Source: Terracidiphilus sp. (GTDB lineage Bacteria; Acidobacteriota; Terriglobia; Terriglobales; Acidobacteriaceae). Taken from it: 64,000 nucleotides of DNA. The stretch lies in assembly GCA_036502905.1 (NCBI GenBank), contig DASXXV010000079.1, positions 9,507 to 73,506 on the forward strand, given 5' to 3'. Positions 20,826-30,075 of this stretch are shown here, piece by piece. The notes beneath the pieces were generated by a model, which was not told the origin of the DNA, made no database searches, and was given only the letters and a program-made list of their open reading frames with translations. The translations under genes were made by a program, and so were the position numbers. The first letter of the stretch is position 1; every line of letters starts with the position of its first letter.

Positions 20826-20915
20826 GAGGGAACTGGCAATAGGGAACAGGGAATAGAAAAACTGCGACAATTCGGCCTGATTGGGATTTCTGTCGCCGGT
20901 TCCCTGTATTCCCTC
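20826..20915. repeat. Intergenic heptamer repeats (AGGGAAC/AGGGAAT) in inverted arrangement
   Basis: AGGGAAC-AGGGAAT at 20841-20854; complementary GTTCCCT and ATTCCCTC at 20899-20915. Confidence 0.55.
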
Positions 20916-20946
20916 TTCTGCTTGTTTAGGGCCTGAAACTTCACAC

Positions 20947-21483
20947 CTAGTACTCAATCCCTTTTTGCGCCAGGATGCCTTTCTGATAGGCATGCTTCAC
21001 CTCGCGCATCTCGGTCACGGTGTCGGCGAGCTCGACCAGAAGGGGATGAGCATTTCTGCCTGTCAGGACCACGTGCACCATCTCTGGCCGGTTGCGGAGA
21101 GTCTCCGCGACGATAGCCGGATCCAGCATTCCATAGCCGATCGCATAATTAATCTCGTCCAGCACCACCACGTCCCATTCTCCGGAGTTGATGGCCTCGC
21201 GGGCCTCGGTCCAGGCTGCTTCCACCATGCGGATGTCTTCGGGATCGGTCTCCGCCCCGCCCACTTTCACAAATCCGCGACCCATCTGCTTCATTACGAA
21301 ATTCTGGCCGAAGGCCAGGACCGCATCGAGTTCTCCATAATGCCAGGAACCCTTGAGAAACTGCAGCATCAGCACGCGCATGCCGTTGCCTACGGCGCGC
21401 AGGGCCGTGCCCATCGCAGCGGTGGTTTTTCCCTTGCCGGGACCAGTATTGATGAGCATCAATCCGCGACGCGAAGAAGTCAT
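20947..21483 (-). CDS. cobO: Cob(I)alamin adenosyltransferase (CobO/BtuR)
   Basis: TGPGKGKTTAAMG, QFLKG, VVLDEINYA, VLTGR, ADTVTEM…KH…AQKGIEY. Confidence 0.95.
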   Translation of the reverse strand: MTSSRRGLMLINTGPGKGKTTAAMGTALRAVGNGMRVLMLQFLKGSWHYGELDAVLAFGQNFVMKQMGRGFVKVGGAETDPEDIRMVEAAWTEAREAINSGEWDVVVLDEINYAIGYGMLDPAIVAETLRNRPEMVHVVLTGRNAHPLLVELADTVTEMREVKHAYQKGILAQKGIEY

Positions 21484-21492
21484 GGGGGAAGT

Positions 21493-21571
21493 AGGGAGCG
21501 GGGGATCAGGGCTCAGGGTCGCTTCCGGCGCGGTTCTCTACTTCCCTGATGGCTGACTCCTGTTCCCTGCC
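21493..21571. repeat. Intergenic degenerate heptamer repeats in inverted arrangement
   Basis: AGGGAGC GGGGGAT CAGGGCT CAGGGTC, then CCCTGAT GGCTGAC TCCTGTT CCCTGCC (period 7). Confidence 0.55.
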
Positions 21572-21575
21572 TTTC

Positions 21576-22025
21576 TCAGTGTCCTGAGTGATATGGATGT
21601 CCAGCCAGAATTGTACATGCGCGATAGATCTGCTCGGCCAGGACCAGTCGGGCAAGCGCATGAGCCATGGTGAATGGGCCGAAGGACAGCAGCAGTTGGG
21701 CGCGCCGCCGGGTTTCGTCGCTCCAGCCGCTGGCCGGTCCGATGACGAAGACTATTTCGCGGGCTCCCTGGTCTCGTCTCTCGCCGATCCATGCCGCAAA
21801 TCCCTCGGAGGTCATCTGGCGTCCTCTCGAATCGAGCAAAACCGCGACGGGAGCGGTCCGGCCGGTCTTCCGGTCAAGCCAGTCCATCAAGTCCTGTTCG
21901 CTGCGGAATCCCAGAGCTTCGGCTGGCAGAAACGCCGAGGCTCGTTTGAGATAGAGCTCACTCAAACTATTGAATTTGTCTCCGCCGGGGATGCGCGCTC
22001 CGACGTGGGCCAGTATCAACTGCAT
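21576..22025 (-). CDS. rlmH: 23S rRNA (pseudouridine1915-N3)-methyltransferase
   Basis: LDSRGRQMTSE, FVIGPASG, LSFGPFTMAHALAR…EQIYRA…GHPYH SPOUT motifs. Confidence 0.95.
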   Translation of the reverse strand: MQLILAHVGARIPGGDKFNSLSELYLKRASAFLPAEALGFRSEQDLMDWLDRKTGRTAPVAVLLDSRGRQMTSEGFAAWIGERRDQGAREIVFVIGPASGWSDETRRRAQLLLSFGPFTMAHALARLVLAEQIYRACTILAGHPYHSGH

Positions 22026-22126
22026 GGAAAGCAGGATAGCGCCGCCCGCCAGTCAGCCTGGGTGAAATGCGTCCCCTCGCCAGATTCCTGGATATATCGG
22101 CCCCAGTATTCTGTTTTTCATATCCA

Positions 22127-22155
22127 TTTTGGGACGAATGGCCGTTCGTCACAAA
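22127..22155. promoter_or_regulatory. Palindromic putative operator upstream of the TonB-dependent transporter
   Basis: TTTTGGGACGAA-N6-TTCGTCACAAA; a half-site recurs at 9777-9788. Confidence 0.45.
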
Positions 22156-22468
22156 TAACTTGTTAATTTTGTTGGTGTTTGCCGACCGAGGTACACAAAC
22201 ACAATTGGCCATCGCCATGCATTCAGAAGGAATGCGGCATCTCTTACTTCTTCCGTTCCGGTACGATGCACCGCCGGGCACAAATCGGGTTTTCGGCTTC
22301 TTGTTTGCCACAGTCGGGCCGTTTTCTTTGTGATGACTTACTTGTTGCATCATGCGTGCGAGTTATGGGCCTACCCCAGGCCTGAGCGTTGATCAGACAC
22401 AGAAAACAGACGGATCGGGTCCCTTTTTAAACGCGAGAGATCCTTTCCCACTTGTGGAGGAGTCCCTC

Positions 22469-25400
22469 ATGCGAAAGCTCAGTTTTAAGAGCGCACTTCT
22501 GCTGATGTTGGCGACGGCCGCTCTTGTGTTCACATCAATCGTGGTGGAGAAACCCGCTTATTGCCAGGAAACCACAGGCGGGCTGCAGGGCACGATAAAG
22601 GATCCATCGGGCGCCGTTGTGCCCAAGACCAAAGTGGTCCTTACCAGCCCGTCAATGGTAGGCAGCAAAGAGTTGGTGACCGACTCCAGCGGGTACTACC
22701 GGTTCGCCAACCTGCCGCCGGGCACCTACACCCTGACCATCACCGCGCAGGGGTTCAAGACGGAAAAGCGGGAGGGCATAAACATTGGCATAGGCCGCCT
22801 GCCCACCCTGGATCTCGCCCTGCAGATCGGAGCTGAGACTGCCACCGTGGAAGTCAGCACGGAGGCCCCGGTCATCGACACGACCACAACTGTGAACATG
22901 ACCAACGTCAGCACCGAGGCGCTTCAACTGCTTCCCACCGGCACCACCTACCAGTCGGTGATCCAGTTTGCCCCGATGGCGCGCAATGAGCCCCTGGCGG
23001 GATTGTCGGTGCGCGGCCAGGGCAGTGGCGGCAGCGGCGGCTCGATGCCGGGCTCGAGCGGTAACGGTCTGGGCTTTGGTTATTCCATCGGCGGCGCGGC
23101 CGACTCGGAGAGCAGCTACCTCGTCGAAGGCCAGGACACCGAAAACATCTCGGGCGGCTATTCCAAGGCCAATGTGCCCATGGAGTTCATCCAGGAAGTC
23201 CAGATGAAGACCTCCGGGGTTTCTGCAGAATATGGAGGCGCGCTGGGCGGCGTGGTCAACGTGGTCATGAAGAAGGGTGGGAACGACTTCCATGGCCAGT
23301 TCTTTGGGACCTACGAATCCAGCGGTACGGACGCCAACCCGGTGAACGCGTACCTGCGCTATGATCCGCTCGACGCGGGCCAATTCGACAACAACGGCAA
23401 TGCCATTGGCGATCCGGCTGCTCAGCTCTATCAGGCGAAGAAGGACCACTTCCGCACTCTGTTTCCTGGTGTCATCGTGGGCGGACCCATCAAGAAAGAC
23501 CGCCTCTGGTTCTTTGTGGGTTTCGAACCCCAGATCAACAGCCGTTCGCGGACGGTCGATTTCACCCCCAGCACCTCGCCCTCGAACGCTGGCCTGGGCG
23601 TTCAGTACTTCACCCAGGACCGGCAAACCTATTTTGGGTCACTGCGCTTTGATGCCGCCGTGACGAGCAAGATTCGCGTGTTCGGTTCGTGGCTGTACCA
23701 GTATGCTCGCGAAACCGGCGACTCCATTCCGACCGGCGACCCGATCAAGCAGGAAGCGGGCTACCAGAACCCGGACATCAACACGCCGATCTCCAACTTC
23801 TTCCACGGCCTCGGCTGGTCGGCCCCGAACGCCACGTATAACACGGGCGCGGACATCACCCTGACCCAGAACCTGGTAGCCACCACCAAGTACGGCTACT
23901 TCTTCGAGAACTACCACGACTTCGGCTGGCCCACGACGCTGCCGAACGTGGTCTGGAGGACCAACGGCATCGCCCAGAACGATAGAAACGGCAACCCGTT
24001 GCCGTCGACCCTGCAGTTCTCGAGCGGCACCTCGACCACCCCGTACAATTCCACATACACGTTGTTCAACGCCAGCAAGCACTACCAGTTCAACCAGGAC
24101 CTGGCCTTCTTCAAGGGCGGCTGGGCTGGCACTCACAACTTCAAGTTCGGGTACCAGCTCAACCACCTGGTAAACGTCATCTCACAAAACGGCAACGTGC
24201 CCCTCGCGAGGATCTACCCGGGCGTCCACCACTACACCCCGAGCACAGATTTCGGAATTAGCAACTGCGGGACCCTGAAGGGAGCCTGGGGCGCCTGCAC
24301 CGGCCAGTATGGCTATATGTACGTGCTGGACTTCGCCACTGTGCTGCCCACCCCCGCCAGCGACTATAACCACGCTCTTTACGTCCAGGATTCCTGGCAG
24401 GTCGGCAAAGGTCTCACCATCGATGCCGGACTGCGGATCGAAAGAGAGCACCTGCCCGCTCCGGGCGGCATTAAGGTCAGTTCCATCGATTTCCCGTGGA
24501 GCGACAAGATCGAACCCCGGCTGGGCGCTGCCTGGGATCCCACCCGCAAGGGAAGGATGAAGATCTTCGGCAGCTACGGCATAGTCAACGACGTCATGAA
24601 ACTTTTGCTGGCCCAGACCTCTTGGGGCGCGCAGGCGTATGAGGAGTGCGTTTACCCGCTCGGCCCCGACGGCAGCGGGTCCTTCAACGTCAACGATCTC
24701 GACCTGGTCTTCAAGGGAGGACGAGCCTGCCCCAGCGCGGCATCCAACGTGGGGGCCAACTTTGCCAATGGGCAGGTGCCCGCCTCGCTGACAGACAAGT
24801 CGGGCGTTTCCTTGATCGAAAACGTCAATTACCGACCCTGGGAGCCGGTGGCGCCGGGTGTCAAGCCCTATCGGCAGCATGAGTACGTAGCCGGCTGGGA
24901 CTACGAGATCAAGCCCGGCTGGGCCTTTGAGGCACGCTACGATCGCCGCCGCCTCGATCACGTCATCGAAGACGCGTCGCTGGCCGATCCGGCGAACTTT
25001 GAGCTTTACACCATCGTCAATCCGGGAGAGGGCGTCAACCGGACCATCGACGGCTATGCCAATTACCTGACGTCCATCGGGGATGCTTATGGCGTTCCGG
25101 GTGTGTCATTCAACACCGCGGCGCCCTTCGGCACCTGCCCGTCGTGTCCGCCCAATCCCAAGGCGATCCGCAATTACGACGGCTTCGAAGTGCGCCTGAC
25201 CTTGACCGCAAAGCGCGGCCTGATGGGCATGTTCAGTTATACCTGGAGCAGCCTTTGGGGCAACTACACCGGCCTGACCACCACCGACCAAAGCGACGGC
25301 GGCAGCACCGGACGGAACTCGCCCGACACCACCCGCTCCTTTGACGAGCCGTTCTACTATTTCGGCCAGAACGGCAAATCCAACAACGGGGCACTCCCCA

Positions 25401-26023
25401 CCGACCGGCCCAACGTGCTGAAGGGCTACGTCTACTACGCGTTGCCCACCTTTAAGCACCAGACCACGAACATTGGCCTTGTGCAGTATGCATACCAGGG
25501 CACCCCGTTGGGGTCCTACGCTGACCTGGCCCTTGGAAGCGCAGGTGGTCCGATCGAGGCGACATACTTGTTCGGCCGCGACAAGTGGGTGGACATGACC
25601 ACCGACGCGAACGGAAACATCACCCTGAGCAACCCCTACACCAAGCGGACTCCCTGGTTCATCCAGTCCGACCTGAACGCGTCGCACCAGATCAAGGTGG
25701 GCGATCACCAGAATCTCACCTTTGAAGCCACCGCGCTGAACGCCTTGAACCAGCGTTCCGTGACCGCGTACGGCATGGCCATGAATTCGTGGAACTTCGG
25801 CACCCCGCTGTATCCGGGTCTCGATAGCTCCGGCAATCCCGTCAACTTCGGCGACGGTGCCGAGCTCTACCAGATCCTGGAAGGCGGATATAACACCCAG
25901 CAGTTCATCAACGGAGTCCCCGGTTTCAGCGGTACCAACGTGATCAAGAACTCGCAGTACAAGCAGCCCTACCTGTTCCAGAACGGGCGCACCCTCCGCC
26001 TCGCGGTGCGCTTCACCTTCTAA
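22469..26023 (+). CDS. TonB-dependent transporter with carboxypeptidase-regulatory-like domain
   Basis: GGAGGAG RBS, signal peptide, GTIKDPSGAVVP, SAEYGGALGGVVN, IKKDRLWFF, YVQDSWQ, C-terminal …VRFTF. Confidence 0.93.
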   Translation: MRKLSFKSALLLMLATAALVFTSIVVEKPAYCQETTGGLQGTIKDPSGAVVPKTKVVLTSPSMVGSKELVTDSSGYYRFANLPPGTYTLTITAQGFKTEKREGINIGIGRLPTLDLALQIGAETATVEVSTEAPVIDTTTTVNMTNVSTEALQLLPTGTTYQSVIQFAPMARNEPLAGLSVRGQGSGGSGGSMPGSSGNGLGFGYSIGGAADSESSYLVEGQDTENISGGYSKANVPMEFIQEVQMKTSGVSAEYGGALGGVVNVVMKKGGNDFHGQFFGTYESSGTDANPVNAYLRYDPLDAGQFDNNGNAIGDPAAQLYQAKKDHFRTLFPGVIVGGPIKKDRLWFFVGFEPQINSRSRTVDFTPSTSPSNAGLGVQYFTQDRQTYFGSLRFDAAVTSKIRVFGSWLYQYARETGDSIPTGDPIKQEAGYQNPDINTPISNFFHGLGWSAPNATYNTGADITLTQNLVATTKYGYFFENYHDFGWPTTLPNVVWRTNGIAQNDRNGNPLPSTLQFSSGTSTTPYNSTYTLFNASKHYQFNQDLAFFKGGWAGTHNFKFGYQLNHLVNVISQNGNVPLARIYPGVHHYTPSTDFGISNCGTLKGAWGACTGQYGYMYVLDFATVLPTPASDYNHALYVQDSWQVGKGLTIDAGLRIEREHLPAPGGIKVSSIDFPWSDKIEPRLGAAWDPTRKGRMKIFGSYGIVNDVMKLLLAQTSWGAQAYEECVYPLGPDGSGSFNVNDLDLVFKGGRACPSAASNVGANFANGQVPASLTDKSGVSLIENVNYRPWEPVAPGVKPYRQHEYVAGWDYEIKPGWAFEARYDRRRLDHVIEDASLADPANFELYTIVNPGEGVNRTIDGYANYLTSIGDAYGVPGVSFNTAAPFGTCPSCPPNPKAIRNYDGFEVRLTLTAKRGLMGMFSYTWSSLWGNYTGLTTTDQSDGGSTGRNSPDTTRSFDEPFYYFGQNGKSNNGALPTDRPNVLKGYVYYALPTFKHQTTNIGLVQYAYQGTPLGSYADLALGSAGGPIEATYLFGRDKWVDMTTDANGNITLSNPYTKRTPWFIQSDLNASHQIKVGDHQNLTFEATALNALNQRSVTAYGMAMNSWNFGTPLYPGLDSSGNPVNFGDGAELYQILEGGYNTQQFINGVPGFSGTNVIKNSQYKQPYLFQNGRTLRLAVRFTF

Positions 26024-26043
26024 ACTCAGCCTTTCCGTTCATC

Positions 26044-26076
26044 AAGGGACCTGGTTCGCCGGGTCCCTTCGCTTTT
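26044..26076 (+). terminator. Rho-independent terminator
   Basis: AAGGGACCTGG-TTCG-CCGGGTCCCTT followed by CGCTTTT. Confidence 0.75.
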
Positions 26077-26182
26077 GCGGAAGCTCCGAGGGACGGAGAA
26101 TGGGGGTGAACCGGCTGGAAACAACCGGGCCAGCCTGCCGAGGCATCCAATCCTCGCCGCGATCGCGGCAGGGAGGAACGTG

Positions 26183-26428
26183 ATGGCAAACGAAGCGGAA
26201 TCGCGCGAAAGCGGATCGCAGGGCGAGCGTCAATCGGGAGGCGGGACAGGCAATCCGCGCACAGAACGACGCCAACCAATCGGCGGCGGGCAGATTTCCC
26301 GCGAGGAAGAGAGACGTGGCCAGGCAGGCGGCGAAGGACATGTCAGCCAGCAGTCGGATGCTGAAACCGATGGCGGCGAGCCGTCAACCCAGACCAGCAC
26401 CGCCCAGGACGAGTCTGGCCAGCTCTAG
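26183..26428 (+). CDS. Small hydrophilic, probably disordered protein (81 aa)
   Basis: GGAGGA RBS shortly before ATG 26183; rich in Gly/Glu/Ser/Gln, no Cys or aromatic residues. Confidence 0.55.
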   Translation: MANEAESRESGSQGERQSGGGTGNPRTERRQPIGGGQISREEERRGQAGGEGHVSQQSDAETDGGEPSTQTSTAQDESGQL

Positions 26429-26500
26429 ACAAGAGTGAACGAGTGAAGAGCGGCCGGGGTGTCCGGGCTCCGGCGCACCTTTCTCCACCAACCGCCCTGT

Positions 26501-27145
26501 TCAGGACTTCGGGGATTTCTTCTTGGCGGCAGGTTTAGCGGTGGACTTTCTGGCGGCAGACTTGGCCGGGGACTTCTTCGCCGGCGATTTTGCGGCCGCC
26601 TTCTTTGCGGGCGTGCGCCGGGTCGCCGGAGCGTGGGATGTCGCGGCGGACTGTGATCCGGCGGCGGACTGTGATCCGGCAGCGGACCGCGAGCCGGCAG
26701 CGGAGTGTGATCCGGCAGCTTTGCTGCGTGCGCTGCGCGTCTTCTCGGCAAGCGCAGCTTTCAGTTCCCCTTCGAATTCGGAAGCACTCAGGGGGCGCGC
26801 TGACTTGCGCAGCCGCTCGATGTCATAGAAAGCGCGGCGCTCGGCAAGGAAGACGTGCACCACGAAATCGACATAGTCCAGCAGGACCCATTCGCCCTGG
26901 CGCCGGCCTTCCACCGAGTTGGGCAGGACGCCGAATTCGCGCTTGAGCCGCATCTCCACTTCGTCGGCAATGGCGACGGCTTGGCGATCGTTGGTGGCGG
27001 ATGTAACCAGGAAAAAGTCCGAGAGGCCGGAATCCACCGGGTCGAGTTCCAGGATTCGGGTGTCCTCGCCTTTCTTGTCTTCGCATGCCGCGGCTGCGGC
27101 CTGAACCAGAATGCGGGTCTGCTGGTGGGTATGGGCTGTTGCCAT
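26501..27145 (-). CDS. rsfS: Ribosome silencing factor with Ala/Lys-rich C-terminal extension
   Basis: EDKKGED, DFFLVTS, WVLLDYVDFVVHVF…RAFYDIERL; downstream of nadD. Confidence 0.93.
   Translation of the reverse strand: MATAHTHQQTRILVQAAAAACEDKKGEDTRILELDPVDSGLSDFFLVTSATNDRQAVAIADEVEMRLKREFGVLPNSVEGRRQGEWVLLDYVDFVVHVFLAERRAFYDIERLRKSARPLSASEFEGELKAALAEKTRSARSKAAGSHSAAGSRSAAGSQSAAGSQSAATSHAPATRRTPAKKAAAKSPAKKSPAKSAARKSTAKPAAKKKSPKS
26643..26714. repeat. 18-bp tandem repeat x4 in the rsfS tail (GSxSAA)
   Basis: GCGGCGGACTGTGATCCG x2, GCAGCGGACCGCGAGCCG, GCAGCGGAGTGTGATCCG. Confidence 0.9.
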
Positions 27146-27217
27146 TCTTCCGATACGTCTCCGGGATTCATCGTAACAGCGGACAGCGAACGCTGGACAG
27201 GGCCAGCCATGGCCGAC

Positions 27218-27268
27218 GCCGGACGCGGCTAACGGCCGGATGCGGCTAACGGCCGGACGCGGCTAACG
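27218..27268. repeat. 17-bp tandem repeat x3 overlapping the nadD stop codon
   Basis: GCCGGAYGCGGCTAACG at 27218, 27235 and 27252. Confidence 0.9.
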
Positions 27269-28027
27269 ATAGAGGCCGCGCATGCGGATGTAGTCGGCAA
27301 CGCGGACAGGAAGGGACTGGGATACAGCGGCTTCCCGCGACGAGGAGCGGATCTGGGACCGGATGTCCGATGCGCTAATCTCCACGTCCAGGTCCGGAAG
27401 AATGTAGAAGGGCGCCGTCTCGCCAGCGGGATTCCGAATGAGATAGGAACGAAGCTCGATGGTACCGCGGCTGTCCTCCTGTTCTTTTGCTGAGGGGGAG
27501 CCAAGGGCAAGGCCCTCGGGCAGGCAGCAAGCCAGGTGGTTGAGATCCTGTCCCGGCCGCGAAGCAACCACGATCGACGCGACGAAGGGAATTCTCTCTG
27601 CCCCGTGCCAGCGCCGCAGGCCGGCAAAGGAGTCGGCCCCCATCAGGCAAAACAGGCACCCGGATTCAGAAAGACCGGCGCGCAATTTGTGCAGGGTTTC
27701 CAGGGTGTAGTTCGGTTGGCCGCCGGCGCTGGGCACGTCCGCCAGCGAGATTTCGAACCCCGTCTCGCCGGCGATGGCAAGCTCCGTCATGGCCAGGCGA
27801 TCCGGAAACGGGGCGGTCGAGCCTTCCGGCTTAAGCGGCTGCGCGCCAACGGGAGCAAACAATACGCGGTCCAGCCCCAGCGCCTCGCGGGCAGCCCGGG
27901 CCACTGCAAGGTGGCCGAGGTGCGGAGGATCGAAACTACCCCCGAAGAACGCCACCCGGCCGCCCCGACACTGGGGGTCGCCCGTCCATCTGGGATCATT
28001 GCTTCCGGAAGGCGCCGGTTTCTTCAT
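27263..28027 (-). CDS. nadD: Nicotinate-nucleotide adenylyltransferase
   Basis: FGGSFDPPHLGH, YTLETL, LMGADSF…WH, ISASDIR, VADYI…GLY. Confidence 0.95.
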   Translation of the reverse strand: MKKPAPSGSNDPRWTGDPQCRGGRVAFFGGSFDPPHLGHLAVARAAREALGLDRVLFAPVGAQPLKPEGSTAPFPDRLAMTELAIAGETGFEISLADVPSAGGQPNYTLETLHKLRAGLSESGCLFCLMGADSFAGLRRWHGAERIPFVASIVVASRPGQDLNHLACCLPEGLALGSPSAKEQEDSRGTIELRSYLIRNPAGETAPFYILPDLDVEISASDIRSQIRSSSREAAVSQSLPVRVADYIRMRGLYR

Positions 28028-28076
28028 TGATTTATCGTAAAGTGCTCGAATTGGGCACGCAGTACAATCGCAATCA

Positions 28077-28493
28077 ATGCGCTACATCATTGCACTGTTT
28101 GCCCTCGCCGGCATCTACGTCTCCTGGCTCGCCCTACGGGTTCACTACTCCACCGAAACGCAGCCCTGCTCGATCAATGAGAAGTGGGATTGCGGGATCG
28201 TGAACCACAGCCCCTATGCTGTGATCGGGCCGATCCCCGTGGCGGCGATCGGCATCGCCGGATATGTGGCCATGGCCGTCCTCTCGCTGGCGCGGCGGAG
28301 ATGGCTGCTCGCCGGCGCGGCGGTGATCGGGCTGGCATTCTCGCTCTACCTCACCCATGTTGAAAAGGATCTGCTCATGGTGTGGTGCCTATATTGCGTG
28401 ATTTCGCTGGGCATCGTTTCCCTGATCACGCTTTTGAGCGTGTTGTGGGCCGCTTTAGGGCGTTCGAACCGCCGGCGACCGATCGGCACGTAG
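28077..28493 (+). CDS. Vitamin K epoxide reductase family protein (disulfide-bond formation)
   Basis: Loop Cys pair (C…WDC…V..S.Y), GPIPVA, CLYC active-site motif, 4 TM helices. Confidence 0.9.
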   Translation: MRYIIALFALAGIYVSWLALRVHYSTETQPCSINEKWDCGIVNHSPYAVIGPIPVAAIGIAGYVAMAVLSLARRRWLLAGAAVIGLAFSLYLTHVEKDLLMVWCLYCVISLGIVSLITLLSVLWAALGRSNRRRPIGT

Positions 28494-28564
28494 TTGGTAA
28501 TCCGCGGTGTCTCGGCCCCGGCCGGCTGCCGACTGGCCGCGCTGATAAACTCTTAAATGGATCG

Positions 28565-29848
28565 ATGTTAAGGAAAGCTTACGCGCGTTGGATGTACCGC
28601 TGGGAAACGCGGCTCACGACGCGGGATGAAAATCGTGTGGTGCGTCCGCTGGAGTGGGGCTTCGAGTGGATTGCGCCTTTTCTGGAGGCCCATAACCTGG
28701 CATCCGCGGATTTGCTCCTCGCCGAGCGGCGCGGCAATGAAGCTGCCGAAGCGGCGATGGCTCGGATCAACCAGGTTCTCATCCGGAACAGTGAGATTTT
28801 TTTTGGATACGAGCGTCCTACCGATTTCCGCCTCGAGGAGCGCCATCCCCAACTGTTTCCCACCAATGTGCGCCCCGAGACGCTGGCCCAGGAAGCGGCG
28901 TTGAAACAGCAGGCTGAAGACGGGTTGGTCCCGCGGGCGCAGTTTCTCCGTTTCACCTCGCCGGAGCGTACTCCCTATCCCGAAAACGATCTGGTCAATG
29001 CACGCTGGTTTCCGGCGCCCGCGCACAAGGATGCTGCGCGGCCCAGGCAGGCGATCGTCATTCTGCCGCAGTGGAACGCCGATGCTTTCAGCCACAACGC
29101 GCTGGCCACGATGTTCAACCGCATGGGCATCTCGGCGCTGCGGCTCTCAAAGCCGTATCACGACATTCGCCGGCCCACCGAGTTGGAGCGTTCGGACTAC
29201 GCCGTAAGCGCAAACCTCGGACGCACACTCTCTGCCTGCCGCCAGGCCGTGGTCGATATCCGCTGCTGCATCGACTGGCTCGAAGAGCAAGGCTACGAGC
29301 ACTTCGGCGTTCTGGGTACCAGCCTGGGATCTTGCTACGGGTTCCTGGCCAGCGCGCACGACAAGCGCATTCGCGTGAATGCGTTCAATCACGCGTCGAC
29401 TGCATTCGGCGACGTGGTGTGGAAGGGACAGAGCACGCGCCACATCCGCCAGGGCCTGGTAGAAGCCGGCCTCACGCAAGAGCGGCTGCGTGCGCTTTGG
29501 GCGTCCGTCTCGCCGGTGAACTACTACGACAAGTTCGTGAGCGAAGCGGTGGAGGGACGCAAAAAGAAAGTGCTGGTGGTGTACGCCGATTACGACCTGA
29601 CGTTTCCGCGCGAGTACTCGCTGCAGGTGGTGGAGGCGTTTCGACGGTCGGGCGTGAATTTTGAAGAGCGGGTTCTGCCCTGCGGCCACTACACCACCGG
29701 CGAGACCCCATTTAAATACATGGACGGGTGGCACCTGGGCTGGTTCGTGTACCGCGCGTTCAAGGCGCTGCGTGCCGAGAAGGGGTTGGGCACGCCGGAC
29801 GCCGCAAAGAATCCAGCGACGCAGGAAGAAGATCTGGTGTCGCGGTAA
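28565..29848 (+). CDS. Alpha/beta hydrolase family protein
   Basis: GTSLGS nucleophile elbow, YADYD, PCGHYT. Start placed at ATG 28565 (uncertain). Confidence 0.75.
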   Translation: MLRKAYARWMYRWETRLTTRDENRVVRPLEWGFEWIAPFLEAHNLASADLLLAERRGNEAAEAAMARINQVLIRNSEIFFGYERPTDFRLEERHPQLFPTNVRPETLAQEAALKQQAEDGLVPRAQFLRFTSPERTPYPENDLVNARWFPAPAHKDAARPRQAIVILPQWNADAFSHNALATMFNRMGISALRLSKPYHDIRRPTELERSDYAVSANLGRTLSACRQAVVDIRCCIDWLEEQGYEHFGVLGTSLGSCYGFLASAHDKRIRVNAFNHASTAFGDVVWKGQSTRHIRQGLVEAGLTQERLRALWASVSPVNYYDKFVSEAVEGRKKKVLVVYADYDLTFPREYSLQVVEAFRRSGVNFEERVLPCGHYTTGETPFKYMDGWHLGWFVYRAFKALRAEKGLGTPDAAKNPATQEEDLVSR

Positions 29849-30075
29849 GTTCCTTCGAGGGCCGATCATCCAAAGCTCGCTTCCATGCGTACTATCCCGC
29901 GTTCGCACCGCCTGCGGGTGCAGCGAAGGCAGGGCACCGGCAGCCACGCGGCCGGGGAAGTCCGACGCGAACAGGCCGGTTGTCCTGCATCGTTCGGGGC
30001 ATGGTTTTGGTTTGTCGCTCAGCGTACAATCAGGCTAATTTTCCCAATTCCCTGTGATCGACCAGAGGGTTAGCC

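Noticed and set aside
22026-22468. Cobalamin riboswitch ahead of the TonB-dependent transporter near cobO
   Set aside because: No B12-box or other conserved cobalamin riboswitch core motifs are visible; the transporter is Oar-like, not BtuB-like.
27218-27268. CRISPR array
   Set aside because: Repeats are 17 bp, directly abutting with no spacers, and there are no cas genes.
29885-30073. 62-aa ORF upstream of the ABC exporter as a possible RiPP or bacteriocin precursor
   Set aside because: No RBS or leader motif, it overlaps a likely TACAAT promoter box, and the exporter lacks a peptidase domain.
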